From Escherichia coli (GTDB taxonomy: Bacteria; Pseudomonadota; Gammaproteobacteria; Enterobacterales; Enterobacteriaceae), in NCBI RefSeq assembly GCF_030013595.1, contig NZ_CP122768.1: DNA of 64,000 bases; one strand, written 5' to 3'. The notes beneath the pieces are model-generated. The model made no database searches and had not been told where the DNA came from. It was given only the letters and a program-made list of their open reading frames with translations. Both the position numbers and the translations under genes were made by a program. This document shows positions 21,084 through 31,654 of this stretch, piece after piece. Numbering within the stretch: position 1 is the stretch's first letter; each line of letters begins with the position of its first letter.

Positions 21084-21126
21084 TCGGGCGAAAAATGATG
21101 GACGCAACCGCGTGCTGGCGGCATAG
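21084..21126 (+). other. displaced 3' fragment of dgcM (codons for RAKNDGRNRVLAA plus stop)
   Basis: In-frame continuation of dgcM across the IS10 duplication. Confidence 0.8.
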
Positions 21127-21146
21127 GCCGCGGATGCGTCTCGAGA

Positions 21147-21710
21147 TCAACGACTGCGCTTAGCGTGGCGCTCCCAGTTTTCTTGCTTTGCCTGTGCCGT
21201 TTTACGTAGTGCGACGTAACACGCCCCGCTGCCGCCATGATGCGGTAGCGCGGTACAATATGCCTGGACATCATCAAATTCGGTCAACCAGCGCGCCACA
21301 TAGCTGCGGACAATATTGGCATGCGATTTATCTTCCCGCCCTTTACCATGAATAATCAGCACATTACGCAAACCATCCGCCAGGGCTTGTTGAATGAAAC
21401 TGAACACCATTTTGCGGCACTCTTCCACCGGCTGGCGCAAAAGATTCAGGCTCGCCTGTTGCGGATATTTACCACTGCGCAGCTTATCCAGCACCCCGTG
21501 TTGCAACCCTTCCCGCCGAAACTCCAGCGGCTGACTTAGCGGGATGATGTCGAGAAATCCGGTGGTGAGGAAATTATCAAGTTGCAGCGTGTCGATACGC
21601 TGCGGCGCACGTTGGTTACGCGTTGGATGCCAGTGGACATCTGTAGCACGTTTCAGCGGCTGGACATCTTCCATGGCGTCAAGAAACAGCGATTTGTCGT
21701 CAAGGTTCAT
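21147..21710 (-). CDS. smrA: Smr-domain DNA endonuclease SmrA (YdaL)
   Basis: 187-aa ORF in conserved position next to dgcM. Confidence 0.9.
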   Translation of the reverse strand: MNLDDKSLFLDAMEDVQPLKRATDVHWHPTRNQRAPQRIDTLQLDNFLTTGFLDIIPLSQPLEFRREGLQHGVLDKLRSGKYPQQASLNLLRQPVEECRKMVFSFIQQALADGLRNVLIIHGKGREDKSHANIVRSYVARWLTEFDDVQAYCTALPHHGGSGACYVALRKTAQAKQENWERHAKRSR

Positions 21711-21904
21711 GTAACCTCCTATGCACCTTCACACGTCGTGATTCAGACGGGTTAATTGTTCATACTTACTGCATCGTTCCCTTCACAGATTGAAACAATA
21801 CTCTACTTCATACCTGTGAGTATCTGCGCAGGCGGGGCATTTTATACTAGCCTGTTAGCAGTATCGAACAGTTTAGCCCGAGTTTAATTCAGCACAGGCT
21901 CCGA

Positions 21905-23419
21905 TCAGGATGATTTATTCATAGCAGGAACCAACAAAAATGCGATAAATAACAGACCACTGATTAGCAGAAAGGTATCCGAAAATGCCATAGTTTGCGC
22001 CTCCCTCAGCATCAATTGACTCAATAATTTGGTTGAAGCCAGTATTTCCGATGTCTGGTCACTTCCACTGCGATTAAAAAACAAAGCACTTCTGGAAATG
22101 AAGTCATTCACCGTATGGGGAACAGAAACCATTTTTTCACCCATTCTCGAAAAATGAAAATTAGTTCGATTATTGAGAATAGAGCCACACAGGGCAATAC
22201 CAATCGCGCCCCCAAGATTACGTGTTAAATTAAATACACCAGAGGCTAACTTCAGCCGTTCTTTTGGAATTCCCCCCAGCGTTAATGTTACGATGGGGGC
22301 CATCGCAAACTGCTGCGAAATCCCTCTAATTGCCTGTGGAAACAGTAACTCCTGCCATCCCCATTCGTGGGTTATAGGGGTAAAAAGATACATTGAAAAC
22401 ACAAATCCACCCAGCCCCGCCATCAACAGCCATCGCAGATTTATTTTTTTACTTAACCAGAAGTAAAAGGGAACAGAAAATAACTGGAAAATACCTGTTG
22501 TGCAAACGGCAAAACCTATCTCTTCGGCATTTAATCCGCGAACCTGCCCCAAAAACACAGGTATTAAATATACAGTAGAGAATATCCCAACCCCTCCAGA
22601 AAAAGAAAAAAAGCATCCCAGCGTGAAATTTTTATCCTTAAAAGCATGAAGATCCATTATCGGATTGGATATTGTAAGTGTACGCGCAGCAAATAAAATA
22701 AAACTCACCAATGCCAGAACTGATGTCAGCAAAATAGTATTATCATCCAGCCATCCCCAGCGCGCTCCTTCTTCAAGGGTATATTCCAGACATCCCAGTG
22801 TCATGGCCAACAGGATAATACTCGGATAATCAGCAACTTTCAGTAAAGAGAGATCAGGTTTATCAAAATTAACCAGAAAAGGAATACTCAAAACTAAATA
22901 TATGCCAGGTAATATATTGATATAAAATAGCCATCGCCAGTCGAGGTTATCAGTGATCCAGCCCCCCAGAGTTGGCCCTAGCGTCGGTGACAGTGAGGCC
23001 AGCGCACTGACTACCGCAGCAGCCACCCCCAACTCTTTACCCTGGTAATAAATAAACGCCGTCGTGAAAACTAAAGGGATCATGGATGCGCCAGCCGCTC
23101 CCTGTAAAGCACGAAACAAAATCATGATCTGAATATTCCATGCAAGTCCACACGCGATACTCATTAAAGTAAATATTCCCGCGGATAGAGTAAAAAGCCA
23201 ACGAGTGGAAAATACCCGTGACAGCCACCCAGAGAGCGGAATAACAATAATCTCAGCAATTAAATAGCTGGTCTGAAGCCAGGCCATTTCGTCTTTACCT
23301 GCGGACAGACCACCACCTATTTCATTTAGGGATGACGATACAATTTGAATATCAAGCTGAGCAATAAATAATCCCATACACATACTGGCGAAAGCAATAT
23401 GTTTACGCATAGACATCAT
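21905..23419 (-). CDS. MFS drug-efflux transporter, EmrB/QacA-like (14-TMS type)
   Basis: 504-aa highly hydrophobic ORF with typical MFS features; start overlaps the stop of the upstream fusion-protein gene. Confidence 0.8.
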   Translation of the reverse strand: MMSMRKHIAFASMCMGLFIAQLDIQIVSSSLNEIGGGLSAGKDEMAWLQTSYLIAEIIVIPLSGWLSRVFSTRWLFTLSAGIFTLMSIACGLAWNIQIMILFRALQGAAGASMIPLVFTTAFIYYQGKELGVAAAVVSALASLSPTLGPTLGGWITDNLDWRWLFYINILPGIYLVLSIPFLVNFDKPDLSLLKVADYPSIILLAMTLGCLEYTLEEGARWGWLDDNTILLTSVLALVSFILFAARTLTISNPIMDLHAFKDKNFTLGCFFSFSGGVGIFSTVYLIPVFLGQVRGLNAEEIGFAVCTTGIFQLFSVPFYFWLSKKINLRWLLMAGLGGFVFSMYLFTPITHEWGWQELLFPQAIRGISQQFAMAPIVTLTLGGIPKERLKLASGVFNLTRNLGGAIGIALCGSILNNRTNFHFSRMGEKMVSVPHTVNDFISRSALFFNRSGSDQTSEILASTKLLSQLMLREAQTMAFSDTFLLISGLLFIAFLLVPAMNKSS

Positions 23420-24447
23420 CTCTCATCAACACTGACGGTGACGGACAGTCCCGGGCGAAGAAGTTGCTTTAATTCCTTTGCGTCGTCAAATGCAATCCGT
23501 ACCGGGACTCGCTGAACAATTTTGGTGAAATTGCCAGTGGCATTTTCTATCGGAATCAAGCTGAAACTGGCTCCTGTCGCTGGGGAAAGGCTTTCAATGT
23601 GACCGTGAAACACTTCCCCTTTGAGAATATCAGCACGGATCTCAGCCTTCATTCCTGGCTTCATTCCCGCTATTTGGTTTTCTTTATAATTTGCATCAAC
23701 CCACAACTCACTGACTGGTACAAGTGAAACTAACGATGTGCCACCTTCCACCCAACTGCCTGTATGGGCGCTGCGGTTTGCGACAATGCCATCAATCGGC
23801 GCACGAACAAGGGTATATTCCAGATCCAGTAGTGCCTGAGTCAAAGCGGCCTGAACTTCTTCGATACTCGCACGTACGTTTTCTTCCTGAGCAGATAAAA
23901 CTGCCAGCCGTTGCTTCTCCACCAGGAAATCGTTCGCGGCTTTGCGCTCCTTTGCTGCGACCTGCTGGTAGTCAAACCTGGCATTATCAATAATTTGTTG
24001 CGATATTGCCGCTGATTGTGCGAGTTTTTCATAACGTTCAGTATCTCGCAGGCGCTTTTGCTCCTCATGTTTTACTGCCTGCCATGTTTCACTGGCACTT
24101 TGAATTATCGACTGCTGCATCGCAATAGTGGCTTGAATGCTTTCGAGATTGGCTTTGCTACTTTTTATTTTTGCCTCAAGCCTGGCGACATTTGCACGAT
24201 AATCCCGATCATCGAGACGCAGGATAATATCGCCTTTTTTTACGCTCTGATTATCGCGCACCTCTATAGCAGAAATATAACCAGAAACTTTACTTGCCAC
24301 CGTGGTGATATTACCACCAATGTAAGCATCATCCGTCGTCTGTATAAATCTTCCTGTGCTTACCCACCAGATAAAAAAGACAACGCCAGCTAAAATAATA
24401 CCGATCGCTACCACCCCAATAAGCTGTTTTTTAGAAATTATCATCAC
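23416..24447 (-). CDS. membrane fusion protein, EmrA/HlyD family
   Basis: 343-aa ORF with N-terminal TM anchor, coiled-coil region and C-terminal beta domain. Confidence 0.8.
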   Translation of the reverse strand: MMIISKKQLIGVVAIGIILAGVVFFIWWVSTGRFIQTTDDAYIGGNITTVASKVSGYISAIEVRDNQSVKKGDIILRLDDRDYRANVARLEAKIKSSKANLESIQATIAMQQSIIQSASETWQAVKHEEQKRLRDTERYEKLAQSAAISQQIIDNARFDYQQVAAKERKAANDFLVEKQRLAVLSAQEENVRASIEEVQAALTQALLDLEYTLVRAPIDGIVANRSAHTGSWVEGGTSLVSLVPVSELWVDANYKENQIAGMKPGMKAEIRADILKGEVFHGHIESLSPATGASFSLIPIENATGNFTKIVQRVPVRIAFDDAKELKQLLRPGLSVTVSVDER

Positions 24448-24540
24448 TCTTTACACCGTATATATCCGGAAACTTGCATTCGTCATATTTAAAATTTAAC
24501 ATGGCTTATTTGATGATTTCTGACAAAATACCTACTGTAA

Positions 24541-25356
24541 ATGACAATCACACTGCAACCCAAAGCATCACCAGGGCATCACATTATCGGACTGGATTCG
24601 GAACATCTGAATGGAGGTACAGTTCCCTGGCATAAACATCTCTATGCCCAGTTGCTTTACCCGGCTGAAGGAGTCGTTCGTGTATGGGCTGGAGAAAGCG
24701 TCTGGCTAGTGCATGCCAGCAGCGCGCTTTGGCTGCCCCCACAAATGCCGCATAAGTTTGTTGCGACAGGCAACGTACTTTTAAAAACCGTACTGGTTTC
24801 AGAAGCGGAAAGTGAAACGCTGGGAAAAGTTTGCTTCATGACGGGTATTTCACCCCTGTTAAGGGAATTACTAATTGCAATTAACCAACTTCCACCGTCG
24901 CAAAGTACCACAGATAAACAACAGTTACGTTTTTCAGCCCTCGAGACACTGATACTTCAGGAAATAAAAATGGGGGTGAAAATGTCACTTGAACTCCCTT
25001 GGCCAAATGATGAGCGGCTACAGCAGCTTTGTGAGAATTTGCTAAACAACCAAGGGTATCTGCCAACATTGGATAATCTAGCGGATAAAATTAACGTCAG
25101 TAGCCGTACACTCATGCGCTTATTTGTTAAAGAGACGGGATTAACATTTCGCCACTGGGTTCAGCAAATGCACGTTATTTCTGCAGTGACGCTTCTTGAT
25201 GATGGATATTCGTTGACCAAAATTGCCCATCGTCTGGGCTATGCCTCAGCTGAATCGTTCGGCAATATGTTTAAGCGTCGAACGGGCTACTCGCCCGGTA
25301 AATTTACTCGTCGATTAACGATGCATGATTATGCAATCACAAGACAAATGATTTAA
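24541..25356 (+). CDS. AraC-family transcriptional regulator (cupin-like N-terminus, HTH C-terminus)
   Basis: 271-aa ORF, divergent from the efflux genes; C-terminal AraC-type HTH region. Confidence 0.75.
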   Translation: MTITLQPKASPGHHIIGLDSEHLNGGTVPWHKHLYAQLLYPAEGVVRVWAGESVWLVHASSALWLPPQMPHKFVATGNVLLKTVLVSEAESETLGKVCFMTGISPLLRELLIAINQLPPSQSTTDKQQLRFSALETLILQEIKMGVKMSLELPWPNDERLQQLCENLLNNQGYLPTLDNLADKINVSSRTLMRLFVKETGLTFRHWVQQMHVISAVTLLDDGYSLTKIAHRLGYASAESFGNMFKRRTGYSPGKFTRRLTMHDYAITRQMI

Positions 25357-25426
25357 CTTATATTTTCGTGAAATCTGTCACTGAAGAAAATTGGCAACGG
25401 ATGGGTAAAACCGTTATAACACTGTC

Positions 25427-25522
25427 ACCGGTCACCAGGACCCCAGGCCGGATTTAAGACGAGGATGCACTGCTGTGTGTACTGTAGAGTCTGGCGGATG
25501 TAGACAGACTCTATTTTTTTAT
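25427..25522 (+). ncRNA. mcaS: McaS (IsrA) small RNA, probable
   Basis: 3' two-thirds matches remembered McaS including the terminator hairpin and U-run; the 5' end is approximate and looks different from my memory of K-12. Confidence 0.6.
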
Positions 25523-25528
25523 GCAGTT

Positions 25529-26437
25529 TTAACTTTGCAGATAGCCGCATTCTCGCCGAAATTGCGTGATTAATGACGCGGTCAGTGGTGTCTGGCGACT
25601 ATCACGTCGCTGAATCAAATAATAGGTCGCTTTCGGTAAAATTTCGCTAACCGGCAACATCACCAGCCCCTGTCCGTGCAAGGGATCGCAGCCCATTTCT
25701 TCAGGTAGTATGCTGAGAAAATCGCTTTTTGCCACCAGACTGATACAGGCTGAGAACGTCTCGCAGACTACACCGACCTGTGGCGTTTGCGCCTGATCGT
25801 CAAGCAATTCACTCAACTGTTTGTAGTAGCTGCCGTGTGGCGTCGGCATTGTCCAGCTGTAGTCCAGTAACTGTTTGATCGAACGGGCACCAATGGCGGG
25901 ATGTCCCGGGCGGCAAAAGATCGCGAATTGCTTTTCCAGTAATTTCTCAAAAGTAAATTCGTGGTCGTAGGGTCCCTGATAATAGGTATTGATGGTGAAA
26001 TCCAGTTCCCCCTGGCGCAATTCATTAATCATCGATACCAGTTGCCCTTCCATAATGCGTACTTTTACCTGCGGATGCTGCTGATGAAAACGAGATATGA
26101 CAGCTGGCATCAGACTGCGGGAAATACTGGCCCCCATGCCGATATTAATTTGCCCTGCCAGTTGCCCTTGTCGTTGGCGAATATCCTCTTGCGCTGCGCG
26201 CAGCTCTTCAAGAATAAGACTGGCGTGCTGATAAAAACTTTCGCCGGCATCAGTTAACGTCACGCCTTTACTACGGCGAAAAAAGAGTTGTGCCGCCAAC
26301 CCTTCTTCCAGCTCCTGAATAGATTTACTCAGTGCCGGTTGCGACATATTCAACATTCGGCTCGCTCCGCGAATGCTGCCCTGACGAGCCACTTCAACAA
26401 AAGCCCGAATTTGATGAATTTTTACCTGAAAAGCCAT
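25529..26437 (-). CDS. abgR: LysR-family regulator AbgR
   Basis: 302-aa ORF with N-terminal LysR HTH, divergent from abgA. Confidence 0.9.
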   Translation of the reverse strand: MAFQVKIHQIRAFVEVARQGSIRGASRMLNMSQPALSKSIQELEEGLAAQLFFRRSKGVTLTDAGESFYQHASLILEELRAAQEDIRQRQGQLAGQINIGMGASISRSLMPAVISRFHQQHPQVKVRIMEGQLVSMINELRQGELDFTINTYYQGPYDHEFTFEKLLEKQFAIFCRPGHPAIGARSIKQLLDYSWTMPTPHGSYYKQLSELLDDQAQTPQVGVVCETFSACISLVAKSDFLSILPEEMGCDPLHGQGLVMLPVSEILPKATYYLIQRRDSRQTPLTASLITQFRRECGYLQS

Positions 26438-26612
26438 GACGCCACCGATAACCGTTATTTATCAGACCAAAGAAACTGGCATCTACTTTAATGCAGATGA
26501 TTGTGTCAGGGTAATTTATGAACGGTTAAAACTGTGAAAAATCAGTTAGTGATAAGTAAAAACTATCGCTACGTGAACCGGGTCACACTTTTTACTGATG
26601 ACGGGAAAGGTT

Positions 26613-27923
26613 ATGGAGTCTTTGAATCAATTTATTAATTCGCTTGCCCCAAAATTATCGCACTGGCGACGTGATTTTCACCACTATGCAGAGTCTGGCT
26701 GGGTGGAATTCCGCACTGCCACCCTTGTTGCGGAAGAATTGCACCAGCTCGGTTATTCACTGGCGCTGGGCCGCGAAGTAGTTAATGAAAGTAGCCGGAT
26801 GGGATTACCTGATGAATTCACTCTACAACGCGAATTCGAGCGCGCTCGTCAACAGGGTGCGCTAGAACAATGGATTGCGGCTTTTGAAGGCGGTTTCACT
26901 GGTATCGTCGCCACCCTGGATACCGGTCGCCCCGGTCCGGTGATGGCTTTCCGTGTCGATATGGACGCGCTGGATCTCAGTGAAGAGCAGGATGTCAGCC
27001 ATCGCCCCTACCGCGACGGTTTTGCGTCATGTAACGCCGGAATGATGCATGCCTGTGGTCATGATGGACATACCACCATTGGGCTTGGGCTGGCGCATAC
27101 CCTTAAACAGTTCGAGTCCGGACTACATGGCGTCATCAAACTGATTTTTCAACCTGCAGAAGAAGGTACGCGTGGCGCGCGGGCGATGGTCGATGCAGGT
27201 GTAGTGGATGATGTTGATTATTTTACTGCCGTGCACATTGGCACTGGCGTACCTGCGGGCACCGTGGTGTGCGGCAGTGATAATTTTATGGCAACCACCA
27301 AATTTGACGCGCACTTCACCGGGACCGCCGCTCACGCAGGCGCAAAACCAGAAGACGGTCACAATGCCTTGTTGGCGGCAGCACAAGCAACTCTTGCACT
27401 GCATGCAATCGCCCCGCACAGCGAAGGCGCTTCCAGAGTAAACGTGGGCGTTATGCAGGCAGGAAGCGGTCGTAATGTTGTTCCCGCCTCAGCGTTGCTG
27501 AAAGTGGAAACACGCGGGGCCAGCGACGTCATTAATCAATATGTTTTTGACCGTGCACAACAAGCGATTCAGGGCGCAGCAACCATGTATGGTGTCGGCG
27601 TTGAAACTCGTCTGATGGGTGCAGCTACCGCCAGTTCTCCTTCGCCGCAATGGGTCGCATGGTTGCAAAGTCAGGCAGCTCAGGTCGCGGGGGTCAATCA
27701 GGCCATTGAACGTGTTGAAGCGCCTGCGGGTTCCGAAGATGCCACATTAATGATGGCCCGCGTGCAGCAACATCAAGGGCAAGCCTCCTATATGGTGTTT
27801 GGCACACAGCTGGCGGCAGGTCATCACAACGAAAAATTCGATTTTGACGAGCAGGTTCTCGCTATTGCCGTCGAAACGCTGGCGCGCACCGCGCTCAATT
27901 TTCCCTGGACGCGAGGTATCTGA
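26613..27923 (+). CDS. abgA: p-aminobenzoyl-glutamate hydrolase subunit A (M20 peptidase)
   Basis: 436 aa from MESLNQF..; M20 metal-binding motifs. Confidence 0.9.
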   Translation: MESLNQFINSLAPKLSHWRRDFHHYAESGWVEFRTATLVAEELHQLGYSLALGREVVNESSRMGLPDEFTLQREFERARQQGALEQWIAAFEGGFTGIVATLDTGRPGPVMAFRVDMDALDLSEEQDVSHRPYRDGFASCNAGMMHACGHDGHTTIGLGLAHTLKQFESGLHGVIKLIFQPAEEGTRGARAMVDAGVVDDVDYFTAVHIGTGVPAGTVVCGSDNFMATTKFDAHFTGTAAHAGAKPEDGHNALLAAAQATLALHAIAPHSEGASRVNVGVMQAGSGRNVVPASALLKVETRGASDVINQYVFDRAQQAIQGAATMYGVGVETRLMGAATASSPSPQWVAWLQSQAAQVAGVNQAIERVEAPAGSEDATLMMARVQQHQGQASYMVFGTQLAAGHHNEKFDFDEQVLAIAVETLARTALNFPWTRGI

Positions 27924-29368
27924 TGCAGGAAATCTATCGTTTTATCGACGATGCGATTGAAGCCGATCGCCAACGTTATACCGATATTGCCGATCAAATC
28001 TGGGATCATCCAGAAACACGTTTTGAAGAGTTCTGGTCAGCGGAGCATCTGGCTTCGGCGCTGGAGTCTGCAGGCTTCACCGTTACCCGCAACGTAGGCA
28101 ATATCCCAAATGCCTTTATTGCTTCGTTTGGTCAAGGCAAACCGGTTATCGCCCTGCTGGGGGAATATGACGCCCTGGCAGGTTTAAGTCAGCAAGCAGG
28201 TTGCGCGCAACCTACATCCGCGACGCCCGGTGAAAATGGTCACGGTTGCGGACACAATTTGCTGGGAACCGCCGCCTTTGCCGCAGCAATAGCCGTCAAG
28301 AAATGGCTGGAACAATATGGGCAAGGCGGCACGGTGCGCTTTTATGGTTGTCCTGGCGAAGAAGGCGGCTCGGGTAAAACGTTCATGGTCCGCGAGGGGG
28401 TATTTGATGATGTGGATGCGGCACTCACCTGGCACCCGGAAGCCTTTGCCGGTATGTTCAATACCCGCACGCTGGCAAACATTCAGGCATCATGGCGCTT
28501 TAAAGGGATCGCAGCACATGCCGCGAACTCCCCTCATTTGGGACGCAGCGCCCTTGATGCCGTAACGTTGATGACCACTGGCACCAACTTCCTCAACGAA
28601 CATATTATTGAAAAAGCGCGCGTACACTATGCCATCATAGATAGCGGCGGGATCTCGCCCAACGTGGTCCAGGCGCAGGCAGAAGTGCTTTATCTTATCC
28701 GCGCCCCCGAAATGACCGATGTGCAGCATATTTATGATCGGGTCGCCAAAATCGCCGAAGGTGCGGCATTGATGACCGAAACCACGGTTGAATGCCGCTT
28801 CGACAAAGCCTGTTCCAGTTATCTCCCGAATCGCACCTTAGAAAATGCCATGTACCAGGCCCTATCCCATTTTGGTACTCCGGAATGGAACTGCGAAGAA
28901 CTGGCTTTTGCGAAACAAATTCAGGCTACGCTCACCCCCAACGATCGGCAAAACAGTCTGAATAATATCGCTGCAACCGGTGGCGAAAACGGCAAGGCTT
29001 TTGCACTACGTCATCGTGAAACGGTACTGGCGAATGAAGTCGCTCCATATGCCGCCACCGATAACGTGCTTGCGGCATCGACTGATGTCGGCGACGTCAG
29101 TTGGAAACTGCCTGTTGCCCAGTGTTTCAGCCCCTGCTTTGCCGTCGGTACCCCGCTACATACGTGGCAACTGGTTAGCCAGGGGCGAACATCTATTGCT
29201 CATAAAGGAATGCTGCTGGCGGCGAAAACTATGGCAGCAACCACACTTAATCTCTTCATTGATTCAGGGCTATTGCAAGAATGCCAACAAGAGCATCAGC
29301 AAGTTACGGACACGCAACCGTATCACTGCCCTATCCCGAAAAACGTGACACCGTCACCTTTAAAATAA
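27923..29368 (+). CDS. abgB: p-aminobenzoyl-glutamate hydrolase subunit B (M20 peptidase)
   Basis: 481-aa ORF, translationally coupled to abgA. Confidence 0.9.
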   Translation: MQEIYRFIDDAIEADRQRYTDIADQIWDHPETRFEEFWSAEHLASALESAGFTVTRNVGNIPNAFIASFGQGKPVIALLGEYDALAGLSQQAGCAQPTSATPGENGHGCGHNLLGTAAFAAAIAVKKWLEQYGQGGTVRFYGCPGEEGGSGKTFMVREGVFDDVDAALTWHPEAFAGMFNTRTLANIQASWRFKGIAAHAANSPHLGRSALDAVTLMTTGTNFLNEHIIEKARVHYAIIDSGGISPNVVQAQAEVLYLIRAPEMTDVQHIYDRVAKIAEGAALMTETTVECRFDKACSSYLPNRTLENAMYQALSHFGTPEWNCEELAFAKQIQATLTPNDRQNSLNNIAATGGENGKAFALRHRETVLANEVAPYAATDNVLAASTDVGDVSWKLPVAQCFSPCFAVGTPLHTWQLVSQGRTSIAHKGMLLAAKTMAATTLNLFIDSGLLQECQQEHQQVTDTQPYHCPIPKNVTPSPLK

Positions 29369-29407
29369 CAACAACAACAACGCAAACACAACAAACGAGG
29401 AATGCCC

Positions 29408-30934
29408 ATGAGTATGTCATCCATACCGTCGTCCTCCCAATCCGGGAAGCTCTATGGCTGGGTCGAAAGAATTGGTAACAAGGTTCCCCATCCTTTTTTG
29501 CTCTTTATCTATTTGATTATCGTACTCATGGTGACGACGGCAATTTTGTCGGCCTTTGGCGTCAGTGCGAAAAACCCGACCGATGGTACGCCGGTGGTCG
29601 TGAAAAACCTGCTCAGTGTGGAAGGATTACACTGGTTTTTACCCAATGTTATTAAAAACTTTAGCGGTTTTGCTCCACTTGGTGCGATCCTGGCGCTGGT
29701 TTTAGGTGCCGGTCTGGCGGAGCGCGTCGGCTTACTGCCAGCGTTGATGGTTAAAATGGCATCGCATGTGAATGCCCGCTACGCCAGTTATATGGTGCTG
29801 TTTATTGCTTTTTTCAGCCACATTTCTTCCGATGCGGCGTTAGTGATCATGCCACCGATGGGTGCGCTAATTTTTCTGGCGGTGGGCAGGCATCCAGTTG
29901 CAGGTTTACTTGCCGCCATTGCAGGCGTAGGTTGCGGCTTTACGGCTAATTTACTGATTGTCACAACCGACGTGTTGCTGTCGGGGATCAGCACGGAAGC
30001 GGCGGCTGCGTTCAATCCGCAAATGCACGTCAGTGTAATTGATAACTGGTATTTTATGGCCAGCTCCGTAGTCGTACTGACGATTGTTGGCGGCCTGATA
30101 ACCGACAAAATCATCGAGCCACGGTTAGGTCAATGGCAGGGAAACAGCGATGAGAAACTGCAGACATTGACCGAAAGTCAGCGTTTTGGTTTACGCATAG
30201 CAGGTGTCGTATCGCTACTTTTTATTGCTGCGATTGCGCTGATGGTGATCCCGGAAAACGGGATATTGCGCGATCCAATTAATCACACCGTGATGCCATC
30301 ACCCTTTATTAAAGGTATCGTGCCACTGATCATTCTTTTTTTCTTTGTGGTCTCGCTGGCTTATGGCATCGCTACCCGCACAATTCGACATCAGGCGGAT
30401 TTACCGCATTTAATGATTGAACCGATGAAAGAGATGGCGGGATTTATCGTGATGGTTTTTCCCCTCGCCCAGTTTGTCGCCATGTTTAACTGGAGCAACA
30501 TGGGGAAATTCATCGCCGTGGGGCTGACCGATATACTGGAAAGTTCAGGGCTTAGCGGCATCCCGGCGTTTGTCGGTCTGGCGTTGCTTTCCTCTTTCTT
30601 ATGCATGTTTATCGCCAGCGGTTCCGCAATCTGGTCGATTCTGGCCCCCATTTTCGTACCGATGTTTATGCTACTTGGCTTTCACCCGGCATTTGCGCAA
30701 ATCCTCTTTCGTATTGCCGACTCATCCGTATTGCCTTTAGCGCCGGTATCTCCTTTTGTTCCACTGTTTCTTGGATTCCTGCAACGTTACAAACCAGACG
30801 CGAAACTGGGTACTTACTATTCGTTAGTTTTGCCCTATCCACTTATCTTTTTGGTGGTATGGCTGCTGATGTTGCTGGCGTGGTATCTTGTTGGTCTGCC
30901 GATAGGTCCGGGGATTTACCCACGTTTGTCTTAA
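29408..30934 (+). CDS. abgT: p-aminobenzoyl-glutamate transporter AbgT
   Basis: About 508-aa polytopic membrane protein; start chosen among three close Met codons. Confidence 0.9.
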
Positions 30935-30944
30935 GAGAGAACGG

Positions 30945-31460
30945 ATGCTGAGATTACTTGAAGAAAAAATTGCCACGCCACTGGGTCCACTTTGGGTGAT
31001 TTGCGATGAGCAATTTCGCCTGCGGGCGGTTGAATGGGAAGAGTACAGCGAACGCATGGTGCAGCTGCTGGACATCCATTACCGCAAAGAAGGCTATGAA
31101 CGCATTTCTGCCACCAACCCAGGTGGTTTAAGTGACAAGCTTCGTGAATATTTTGCCGGTAATCTTAGCATTATTGATACGCTTCCCACTGCCACGGGGG
31201 GGACGCCATTTCAGCGCGAAGTCTGGAAAACATTACGCACAATCCCCTGCGGGCAGGTAATGCATTACGGCCAACTGGCTGAACAATTGGGCCGCCCCGG
31301 TGCGGCGCGTGCCGTAGGTGCGGCAAATGGATCGAATCCCATCAGCATTGTTGTGCCTTGTCATCGGGTCATTGGCAGAAACGGTACCATGACCGGATAT
31401 GCAGGCGGAGTTCAGCGAAAAGAGTGGTTATTACGCCACGAAGGTTATCTTTTGCTGTAA
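30945..31460 (+). CDS. ogt: O6-alkylguanine-DNA methyltransferase Ogt
   Basis: 171 aa; active-site PCHRV motif. Confidence 0.92.
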
Positions 31461-31621
31461 ACATTAAACAATTTGTGCCAGCTTGTTCACACTTTTATGT
31501 AAAGTTACCCTTAACAACTTAAGGGTTTTCAAATAGATAGACATATATTTACATCTAATATCGGAATTCTCTGCTGTTAAGGTTTGCTTAGACTTACTTG
31601 CTCCCTAAAAAGATGTTAAAA

Positions 31622-31635
31622 TTGACAAATATCAA
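31622..31635 (+). promoter_or_regulatory. FNR-binding site in fnr promoter (TTGAC-N4-ATCAA)
   Basis: Near-consensus FNR dyad about 20 bp upstream of the fnr start codon. Confidence 0.7.
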
Positions 31636-31654
31636 TTACGGCTTGAGCAGACCT

